Positions 1 through 6,726 of a stretch of 12,677 nucleotides of DNA are shown here, piece after piece (the first letter of the stretch is position 1; each line of letters begins with the position of its first letter). The position numbers and the translations under genes are program-made. Source of the DNA: Candidatus Woesearchaeota archaeon (GTDB taxonomy: Archaea > Nanobdellota > Nanobdellia > Woesearchaeales > GW2011-AR15); the NCBI GenBank assembly GCA_038874655.1, contig JAVZBY010000014.1, positions 309 to 12,985 of the forward strand, in the 5' to 3' direction. Below the pieces are notes generated by a model that worked only from the letters and a program-made list of their open reading frames with translations, was not told where the DNA came from and ran no database searches.

Positions 1-125
<125 letters not shown>

Positions 126-214
126 TCTTTCTTTTTGTGTTTTTTTTATATATTTTTTTTCACAATTCCAAATCATTTATAAAAGAAAAATTTTTTTCTT
201 CTGTTAGTGAGACA

Positions 215-1483
215 ATGGAAAAAATAAATAAAAATATTGAAGAAAAAAAAGATAATGTATTTGACAATGTTAAAAATCAATTGTATAAATTAACTAAAGT
301 TTATCCCTTAAATGAAAATGAATTGAATTTATTACTAACACCTAAAAGAATTATTGAAGTCAATTTTCCAGTAAAAATGGATTCTGGCAAAATTAAAAGA
401 TTTAAAGGATATAGAGTTCAATATAATGATGCTAGAGGTCCTACAAAAGGAGGAATTAGATTTCACCCTAATGTTGATTTAAATGAAGTAAAAAGTTTAG
501 CTTTCTGGATGACAATGAAATGTGCTGTTATAGATATTCCATATGGTGGAGCAAAAGGTGGCATTGAAGTTAATCCTAAAGAATTAAGTCAAAATGAAAT
601 AGAAAACTTATCTAGAGCTTATATAAAAGCAATTCATGAATTTATTAGTCCATATCAAGACATTCCTGCTCCGGATGTTTATACAAATTCGCAAATAATG
701 GCTTGGATGTTAGATGAATATGAAAAAATAAAAGGAAAACATTTGCCTGGTTTAATTACTGGAAAACCTATTGCTTTAGGAGGTTCAAAAGGCAGAGAGT
801 ATTCTACTTCATTAGGAGGAGCAATTGTTCTAAAAGAATATCTAAGAATTTTAGAAAAAAATCCGAGTGAAGTAAAACTTGCAGTTCAGGGTTTAGGAAA
901 TGTTGGTTCTAATATAGCAAAAATATTACATGACTGGGGTTATAAAATTGTAGCAATCTCAGACTCAAAAACAGGATTATATGATGAAAACGGATTAGAT
1001 ATACCTGCAATAATCTATAAAAAGAATCAAAATGGCACAATTGAAGATTATAAAGCAAAAAAAATAACAAATAAAGAATTATTAGAATTAGATGTTGATG
1101 TTCTAATTCCTGCTGCATTGGAAAATCAAATTACAAAAGAAAACGCTCATAACATAAAAGCAAAAATTATTTTAGAAATGGCTAATGGTCCAATAACACC
1201 AGAAGCAGATGAGATTTTAGAAAAAAAGAAAATTGCTATTATTTCAGATATTCTAGCAAACGCAGGCGGTGTTTTAGTTAGTTATTTTGAATGGGTTCAA
1301 AATTTATATGGCTATTATTGGACAGAACAAGAGATAAATGAAAAATTAGAAAGAACAATGTTAAAAGCATTCACAGAAGTTTATGAAATATCAAACACTC
1401 ATAAAACAACATTCAGGAATGGTGCTTTTATATTAGCAATAAAGAGACTATTGGAAGCAGAAAAGCTAAGAGGAAATTTATAA
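215..1483 (+). CDS. gdhA: Glu/Leu/Phe/Val family dehydrogenase (glutamate dehydrogenase)
   Basis: Motifs GPTKGGIRFHP, MTMKCA, PYGGAKGG, DIPAPD, QGLGNVG, EMANGP, NAGGVLVSYFEW. Start moved from 137 to ATG 215 because a TATA-like TTTATAAA (176-183) lies inside the poorly coding 5' extension. Confidence 0.95.
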   Translation: MEKINKNIEEKKDNVFDNVKNQLYKLTKVYPLNENELNLLLTPKRIIEVNFPVKMDSGKIKRFKGYRVQYNDARGPTKGGIRFHPNVDLNEVKSLAFWMTMKCAVIDIPYGGAKGGIEVNPKELSQNEIENLSRAYIKAIHEFISPYQDIPAPDVYTNSQIMAWMLDEYEKIKGKHLPGLITGKPIALGGSKGREYSTSLGGAIVLKEYLRILEKNPSEVKLAVQGLGNVGSNIAKILHDWGYKIVAISDSKTGLYDENGLDIPAIIYKKNQNGTIEDYKAKKITNKELLELDVDVLIPAALENQITKENAHNIKAKIILEMANGPITPEADEILEKKKIAIISDILANAGGVLVSYFEWVQNLYGYYWTEQEINEKLERTMLKAFTEVYEISNTHKTTFRNGAFILAIKRLLEAEKLRGNL

Positions 1484-1544
1484 AAGTATATGTAAAAAAA
1501 TATATATAGAAAACCTTTAAAAGCAATAAAAAAATCAAAACACT

Positions 1545-1910
1545 ATGAAAATAGCAATTATAGGTGCTTCTAAAGATAGAAATAAATTTGGAAATAAAGC
1601 TGTTAGAGCATATAAAGAACAAGATGATGTTGTTTTTCCAGTTAATCCTCATGAAAAAGAAATAGAAGGCTTACCTTGTTATTCTAGTGTTTTAGACATT
1701 CCTATGGAAGTAGATGTTGCTTCTATTTACTTGCCACCTGAGGTAGGAATAAAAGTAATTGATGATATCATAAAAAAAGGCATAAAAAAAGTTTATTTAA
1801 ATCCTGGTTCTGAATCTGAGGAAATAATTAACAAATTAAGGTTATATGGAATAGAAGTTATTCAAGCATGCAGCATTAGAGCAATAGGAAAAAACCCAAA
1901 TAACCTATAA
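1545..1910 (+). CDS. CoA-binding protein (YccU / CoA_binding_2 family)
   Basis: IAIIGAS, PVNP, LNPG and C-terminal C-S/I pattern in a 121-aa Rossmann-type protein. TATA-like TTTAAAA at 1517-1523 suggests a leaderless transcript. Confidence 0.88.
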   Translation: MKIAIIGASKDRNKFGNKAVRAYKEQDDVVFPVNPHEKEIEGLPCYSSVLDIPMEVDVASIYLPPEVGIKVIDDIIKKGIKKVYLNPGSESEEIINKLRLYGIEVIQACSIRAIGKNPNNL

Positions 1911-1987
1911 TTAATATTCTTTATAAATATCTCCATAAAAATAAGTATAAGAAAACTTTTTTATATATAAGTCAATTATAAAGGATT

Positions 1988-2416
1988 ATGTCAAATACAG
2001 AAATAAGAAATAAAAAAAATTCTCACAAAAAAAAATTTCATATATCCCAAAAAGATAAAATCTCAAGAGAAATGTATCTTAAATCAATTTATTTATTATT
2101 AGATAAAAAAGGAAAAATAAAAGCAATTGATTTATCAAATTATCTAAAAATAAAAAAAAGCTCTGTTTCAGAGATGTTAAAAAAATTAATTCTAGAAAAA
2201 TACATAACAATAAATAATCATTTCATTAAACTAACTAAAAAAGGAGAAAAAGAAGCTAAGAATGTTTTAAGAAAATACTTAATTGTAAAAGATTTTTTAA
2301 TAAATGTTTTAAAAATTTCTCCTGAAAAAGCTGAACAAGAAGCCTGTGAATTAGAACATGGTTTTTCTGATGAGAGTATTGCTAAATTAAATATATTTTT
2401 AAAAACTATTAAGTAA
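1988..2416 (+). CDS. DtxR/IdeR/MntR-family metal-dependent transcriptional regulator (no SH3 domain)
   Basis: EMYLKSIY, HTH with SSVSEMLKKL, LTKKG wing, EACELEH dimerisation/metal motif. Lies directly upstream of an iron permease. Confidence 0.9.
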   Translation: MSNTEIRNKKNSHKKKFHISQKDKISREMYLKSIYLLLDKKGKIKAIDLSNYLKIKKSSVSEMLKKLILEKYITINNHFIKLTKKGEKEAKNVLRKYLIVKDFLINVLKISPEKAEQEACELEHGFSDESIAKLNIFLKTIK

Positions 2417-2469
2417 ATTAATTTTTTAAAAAGTTATATCAAAAAGTTCTATTATTTTGATAAAAATTT

Positions 2470-2491
2470 AAAGTTAGGTTAACCTAACTTT
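2470..2491. promoter_or_regulatory. DtxR-family operator (22-bp perfect palindrome)
   Basis: AAAGTTAGGTT|AACCTAACTTT is a perfect inverted repeat. Its core TTAGGTTAACCTAA resembles DtxR-family (SirR/MntR/EfaR-type) boxes. It sits between the regulator and the FTR1 gene. Confidence 0.85.
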
Positions 2492-2493
2492 TC

Positions 2494-2507
2494 AAAAGAT
2501 TTATAAA
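2494..2507 (+). promoter_or_regulatory. Archaeal BRE/TATA promoter of the FTR1 gene
   Basis: Purine-rich AAAAGA followed by TTTATAAA (2500-2507), about 31 nt upstream of ATG 2539. Confidence 0.6.
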
Positions 2508-2538
2508 TGAAATCTTTTTTATAAAATTCGATATTTTA

Positions 2539-3357
2539 ATGTCAAGTTTCATAATTGCTTTTAGAGAAACATTAGAAGCATTTCTAATAGTTAGCATTGT
2601 TTTAGCTTTTTTAAAAAAAACTAATAATCAAAAATATAATAAAATTGTTTATTTTGCAATTTTTCTAAGTATTTTATGCAGCATTTTTTTTGCATTATTA
2701 TTCTTAAAAGTTTATGGTTCTTTCTCAGGTAGAGGAGAAAAAATTTTTGAAGGAATAACAATGATTATTGGCTCATTTTTATTAACAACAATGATTTTAT
2801 GGCTTTTAAAGCACAGAAATATAAAAAGTAAAATCCAAAATAAAGTTTCTGAAAATTTATCAAAAGAGAATATAATAGGTATTTTTTTATTAGTTTTTTT
2901 ATCAATTTTAAGAGAGGGCATAGAAACTGTTATCTTTTTATTTGCTGCTAGTTTTTTATCTGTATCAAATAATCTATTAAGTGTAATTTTTGGTATTACA
3001 TGTGCATTATTTATTGGATATTTAGTTTATAATGCCTCACTTAAATTTAATATAAAATTATTTTTTAATATTACAAGTGTTTTATTGATACTTTTTGCAG
3101 CAGGATTATTTGCTCATGGAATTCATGAATTAGAGGAAGCTGAAATTTTAAATCCAATTGTTAAAAATATATGGGATCTCAACCCTGAAGCTCCTTCCTC
3201 TGAAGAGGGTATTTATCCATTAATGCATGAAAAAGGTTTTATTGGCTCAATCTTAGTTAGTTTATTTGGTTATAATGCAAACCCCTCTTTATTAGAAGCA
3301 ATGGCTTACCTAAGTTATTTTTTAATTCTATCTATATTAGTAAAAAAAATAAGTTAG
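2539..3357 (+). CDS. FTR1/EfeU-family high-affinity iron permease
   Basis: Two RExxE motifs (RETLE, REGIE), about 7 hydrophobic segments, GIHELEEA, and a C-terminal LFGY..PS motif. Confidence 0.93.
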   Translation: MSSFIIAFRETLEAFLIVSIVLAFLKKTNNQKYNKIVYFAIFLSILCSIFFALLFLKVYGSFSGRGEKIFEGITMIIGSFLLTTMILWLLKHRNIKSKIQNKVSENLSKENIIGIFLLVFLSILREGIETVIFLFAASFLSVSNNLLSVIFGITCALFIGYLVYNASLKFNIKLFFNITSVLLILFAAGLFAHGIHELEEAEILNPIVKNIWDLNPEAPSSEEGIYPLMHEKGFIGSILVSLFGYNANPSLLEAMAYLSYFLILSILVKKIS

Positions 3358-3430
3358 AACAAGCTAAAACAAATAGAGGCATAAAATTTAAATAGTTGTT
3401 TTAATTAAATAATGGTTTGGGGGATGATTT

Positions 3431-3982
3431 ATAGTTATAGATAAAAAAATTATTTCTAAAAATACACAAAAAAAAATAAGTTATATTCTATTTTTATTAT
3501 TACTTGTAATAACAATTTTTGCTTTTTATAAAAAATTATTTTTATTTATATTAATTACATTATTTTGTGGATTCATAGAATATCTAACAAATAAATCACA
3601 TGTAAAATTAAATTTAGGATTGACTCTTTTTTTTGCATTTGTTTTAATAAAAATTGAAAATTTAGAATTGGCTTTATTGTTTATATTATTTGCTGGATTT
3701 TTACCAAATTTAGCAATAGGAAATTTAGATGGTAAAAATCTTTTTGCATTTCCTCTACTTTTTATTATCATATCTTTTGTATTTAAAATTGGTGCTAATT
3801 ACTTTATTGGAATATTAAGCTCAATAATCTATTATTCCACACTTTTTTTTTTATCTAATAAATTTAATGAATCCATTCCAGAAAAAATTACTGAAATACT
3901 ATTACCTTTAACACTAAACATAATTTATTTTATTTCATTTTTTAATCCAATAAACACTATAATAGGAAGAATCATACTTTAA
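3431..3982 (+). CDS. Hypothetical polytopic membrane protein (start uncertain; frame open from 3428)
   Basis: The frame of the 3620..3982 ORF stays open back to TGA 3425-3427 and adds about 63 codons with two more hydrophobic helices. SD-like GGGGGATGA at 3419-3427. Confidence 0.65.
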   Translation: MVIDKKIISKNTQKKISYILFLLLLVITIFAFYKKLFLFILITLFCGFIEYLTNKSHVKLNLGLTLFFAFVLIKIENLELALLFILFAGFLPNLAIGNLDGKNLFAFPLLFIIISFVFKIGANYFIGILSSIIYYSTLFFLSNKFNESIPEKITEILLPLTLNIIYFISFFNPINTIIGRIIL

Positions 3983-3994
3983 TAAAACATATAA

Positions 3995-4336
3995 TCAAAG
4001 AAGTTTCAAATTTCCTGTTATTTTATCAATTTTCTCTTCATCATCTGGACCAATTGCTAAACATGTTTCTGTTCCTGGTTCAATAGTTGTTTTTCCTGCA
4101 TCTGTTATTAATGCTGTAATTAATCCAGAATCTTTTGCTATTTGATTAAATCTATATAAATCCTCTTTAGTTTGAACTTTTAAAACAATTTTCGCACTTC
4201 CAAATAAACGCCATTTCTTTACTTTTTCCTTATCTGACTTTAAAACTGCCTCTACAGAAGCATGAGCTACTTGGCTTGCTAATTTTCCTTTTGGAAGTTT
4301 TAAATCACTTCTGACTAAAATAACTTGTTTGAGCAT
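3995..4336 (-). CDS. pth2: Peptidyl-tRNA hydrolase Pth2 (archaeal/eukaryotic type)
   Basis: KQVILVRSDLKLPKGKLASQVAHA, KIVLKV, DAGKT, T.LAIGP, ITGNLKLL. Confidence 0.96.
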   Translation of the reverse strand: MLKQVILVRSDLKLPKGKLASQVAHASVEAVLKSDKEKVKKWRLFGSAKIVLKVQTKEDLYRFNQIAKDSGLITALITDAGKTTIEPGTETCLAIGPDDEEKIDKITGNLKLL

Positions 4337-4401
4337 TTTTATTATAAAAAAATAAACAACAATATAATTTTTTCTAAATTAAATTTTTGTAATTAGAAAA
4401 A

Positions 4402-5469
4402 TTAATTTCTAATTTTATAATTTCCCTTATTTATTTGGCTTTGTATATAATCTAATTCTGCTCTAACTGCTCTTAAAATAACCGATTGCATTCTACCTTT
4501 TGCAAAATTTTGAACCGCACCCTGAATGTTTTCATTTTTAAAAGGATTATTATCTATATTTCTTTGATTATCCTCAATTAAATTCCTTGAGAAAAAAAAT
4601 ATTTGTATATATTCATCTCCACCACTACCATGATATCTAAAACCAATATCTCTCTCTCTTGTAATTTCAGATATCGTTTGACTAAAAACTTGTAATAATG
4701 CATCAACCATACTTGCACCAAGATTATTATTATTATCTTTCATTCCCTCCAAATCCATTGCTGCAACTATAATATCATAGCCTTCTTGATCATAACCTAA
4801 TAGATATCTTGCTTGCAAATAAACTAAAGTTTGTTGAAGTGATTGAGTAATAGGATTATCAGATACATTAATTTCTTTTAATTTTTGTTTAAGTAAATAA
4901 TCTATTAATTTTCTTATATTTTCCTGCTTATAAGGTTCATCTTTATTTAATCCCTTTTTAATTTCATCAATATTAACTTGAAATCTTTCAAAAATAGGTT
5001 TTAATTTTTCCTCATAAAATATTTTTTCTAAACTAGAAAATGTTCCATTTACATATGTTCTAATTTTTGAAAGAGCATCAACAATTTCATTGATAGCTTC
5101 TTTTTTAATACTTTCAAAACTATAATTAGGTGTTTGTAAATTCAGTCTATCAGGAGAAACATAAAAACTTGGCAATTTTTGATTTGACAATAAATTTTCT
5201 AAAGGACTTCCTAATGTTTTTTTATTTGTATCCACTCCATCTAGAGATCTTTGAGAAGCATAATTCACCATTAAAATTAATGGAGAGATATTATTTTTAT
5301 ATGCCTCCTCTTCAAAAGTTTCCCATAATTCATAAGTATAAGCTATTCTAGGTAATAATGGCTTCAAAGGTTTAGAATTATTATCCGGAGCATTAACTAA
5401 CACTCTACCCTCTCTTAATAAACACAAGAGACTTCTTTCTTGGTCTGTCAATAAGTTATCTGGCTCCAT
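4402..5469 (-). CDS. Protein with a divergent C-terminal GGDEF (diguanylate cyclase-like) domain and an unknown N-terminal region
   Basis: MDLEGMKDNNNNLGASMVDALL matches the spacing of DxDxFKxxNDxxGHxxGDxxL, followed by RERD and RY-HGS-GGDEY. TATA-like TTTTATAA about 25 nt upstream on the - strand. Confidence 0.72.
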   Translation of the reverse strand: MEPDNLLTDQERSLLCLLREGRVLVNAPDNNSKPLKPLLPRIAYTYELWETFEEEAYKNNISPLILMVNYASQRSLDGVDTNKKTLGSPLENLLSNQKLPSFYVSPDRLNLQTPNYSFESIKKEAINEIVDALSKIRTYVNGTFSSLEKIFYEEKLKPIFERFQVNIDEIKKGLNKDEPYKQENIRKLIDYLLKQKLKEINVSDNPITQSLQQTLVYLQARYLLGYDQEGYDIIVAAMDLEGMKDNNNNLGASMVDALLQVFSQTISEITRERDIGFRYHGSGGDEYIQIFFFSRNLIEDNQRNIDNNPFKNENIQGAVQNFAKGRMQSVILRAVRAELDYIQSQINKGNYKIRN

Positions 5470-5612
5470 TTTTTTATCTTAAAAAGGAAGTATTATATAA
5501 AACATACTTTTTTATTTAATAGTCATAAAATTTTGTGCTATTTTAAATTATTATCAAACAAATTTTTAAAAAGAAATTATTTAAAAAAGAATCAAATTTC
5601 AGAGATAATAAA

Positions 5613-6338
5613 ATGAAAGAGTATAATACAAAAGAAAATAAGAAAAAACCAACAGACATCTCAATAAAAGAATTTATCACTCAAGATAATTCACCTACTT
5701 TATTTAATGAAGAGTATCAAGAATTTTATCATTCTAAATCTGGAGCAATTGAAGAAGCATTTGAAAAATATGTAAAACCTTGTAAAATTTCAGAGCTGGC
5801 AAAAAATGGCTCTATTAAAATATTGGATATTGGTTTTGGTTTAGGTTATAATGTTTTTGCTGCTATTGAAACTGCATTAAATGAAAACCCTAATTGTGAA
5901 ATTGAAATAATAAGTCTAGAAAAAGACCAAGAAATAATTAAAAAAATTAAAAATTTAAAACCAAATCTTAAATATTATTGGATAATAAAAAAATTAGAAT
6001 ATGATCCTAAAACAAATTCTTATTATTATGAAGATAAAAACATTTTTTTAAATATTAAAATAGGCAATGCAATAGAAACAATAAAAACAATAAATGAAAA
6101 AAATATAAAATTTGATGCTGTTTTTTTAGACCCTTTTTCACCTAATAAAAATCCTGAACTCTGGAGTGAAGACTTTTTCAGAGAAATAAAAAGATTAATG
6201 AAACTTAACTCAATTTTAGCAACATATTCCTATGCAAAAAAAATCAGGGAAAATTTAAAAAATTCAGGTTTCGAAGTTTTTGATGGTCCAATTGTTGGAA
6301 GAAGAAGTCCTTCTACCTTAGCTAAATTAAAAATATAA
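5613..6338 (+). CDS. MnmC/MnmD-like (DUF752) SAM-dependent tRNA U34 methyltransferase
   Basis: TQDNSPTL..E.YHS..GAIEEA, ILDIGFGLGYN, FLDPFSP.KNPELW, LATYS. This is a stand-alone methyltransferase half of MnmC. Confidence 0.88.
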   Translation: MKEYNTKENKKKPTDISIKEFITQDNSPTLFNEEYQEFYHSKSGAIEEAFEKYVKPCKISELAKNGSIKILDIGFGLGYNVFAAIETALNENPNCEIEIISLEKDQEIIKKIKNLKPNLKYYWIIKKLEYDPKTNSYYYEDKNIFLNIKIGNAIETIKTINEKNIKFDAVFLDPFSPNKNPELWSEDFFREIKRLMKLNSILATYSYAKKIRENLKNSGFEVFDGPIVGRRSPSTLAKLKI

Positions 6339-6366
6339 AATTTATAGAAAGAAAATTTATAGAAAA
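6337..6366. repeat. 15-bp tandem duplication
   Basis: AAAATTTATAGAAAG (6337-6351) followed by AAAATTTATAGAAAA (6352-6366). It abuts the duplicated tRNA end. Confidence 0.7.
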
Positions 6367-6385
6367 AGTGCTCCTGCGAGGATTT
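6363..6385 (-). repeat. 23-bp direct repeat of the tRNA-Arg 3' end (att-like)
   Basis: AAAAAGTGCTCCTGCGAGGATTT is identical at 6363-6385 and 6524-6546. It covers part of the T-loop, the 3' T-stem, the 3' acceptor strand, the discriminator and 6 nt of trailer. Confidence 0.95.
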
Positions 6386-6523
6386 AGGAACCAATCCTTT
6401 TTACAAAAGCATTGATGGAAAATACTTTTTACTCCGTAAAAAGGTTTTGCTTCGCAAAACATGTAAATATGAATTTTACAAAATACAAAAATAAAAATAA
6501 AAAAATTCTAATAAAACTAAACT
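6386..6523. mobile_element. Non-coding hairpin-rich mini-element or remnant between tRNA 3'-end repeats
   Basis: 138 bp between the 23-bp repeats, containing inverted repeats at 6392-6414, 6425-6443, 6444-6460 and 6462-6480. No ORF. Mobility is inferred only. Confidence 0.45.
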
Positions 6524-6529
6524 AAAAAG

Positions 6530-6667
6530 TGCTCCTGCGAGGATTTGAACCCCGGCCCCAAGATTTTCGCAGTGAATACCCTCTTTAGAGGGTATAACGC
6601 TCCGGCGTTAACCTACGCCTAAGGTTAACCGCAATCTTGTGTGCTATCCAAACTACACTACAGGAGC
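6530..6667 (-). tRNA. tRNA-Arg(GCG) with a 64-nt intron at 37/38 (exons 6667-6629 and 6564-6530)
   Basis: Acceptor GCTCCTG/CAGGAGC+A, D-stem GTGT/GCAC with GGA (A20 Arg identity), anticodon stem CAAGA/TCTTG with loop TT-GCG-G|A, T-arm CGGGG-TTCAAAT-CCTCG. Spliced length 74 nt; CCA not encoded; T-run follows. Confidence 0.92.
6565..6628 (-). other. tRNA intron with a relaxed bulge-helix-bulge motif
   Basis: Exon TTGC (32-35) pairs with intron GCGA (6570-6567), followed by a 3-nt bulge AA|A at the 3' splice site. There is no closing helix after the 5' bulge. Confidence 0.82.
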
Positions 6668-6726
6668 AATAATAGGAGCAATAAAATAATAGAATTTAGA
6701 AAGAAATAAAAATTTTTAGATAATAA

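Noticed and set aside
137-214. 26-aa N-terminal extension of GDH in the ORF track
   Set aside because: It spans a T-rich terminator-like tract and a TATA box; ATG 215 is the more plausible start.
909-1652. Minus-strand ORFs 909..1118 and 1428..1652
   Set aside because: Antisense shadows of gdhA and the CoA-binding gene, with no motifs.
2712-3771. Minus-strand ORFs 2712..2921 and 3526..3771
   Set aside because: Antisense to T-rich membrane-protein genes; the K/N/I composition simply mirrors the sense strand.
4609-4755. GGDEY motif as a Cas10/type III CRISPR palm domain
   Set aside because: The motif is GGDE rather than GGDD, upstream residues fit GGDEF spacing, the protein is short with no HD domain, and there is no cas context.
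6363-6546. 23-bp repeats as a CRISPR array
   Set aside because: Only two copies, a 138-bp spacer, the repeat is tRNA-derived, and no cas genes are present.
6607-6630. GTTAACCTA and AGGTTAACC in the tRNA intron match 9 nt of the DtxR operator
   Set aside because: Both matches come from one hairpin built on the palindrome GTTAAC. Neither has both TTAGG/CCTAA arms at operator spacing, so this is probably coincidence.
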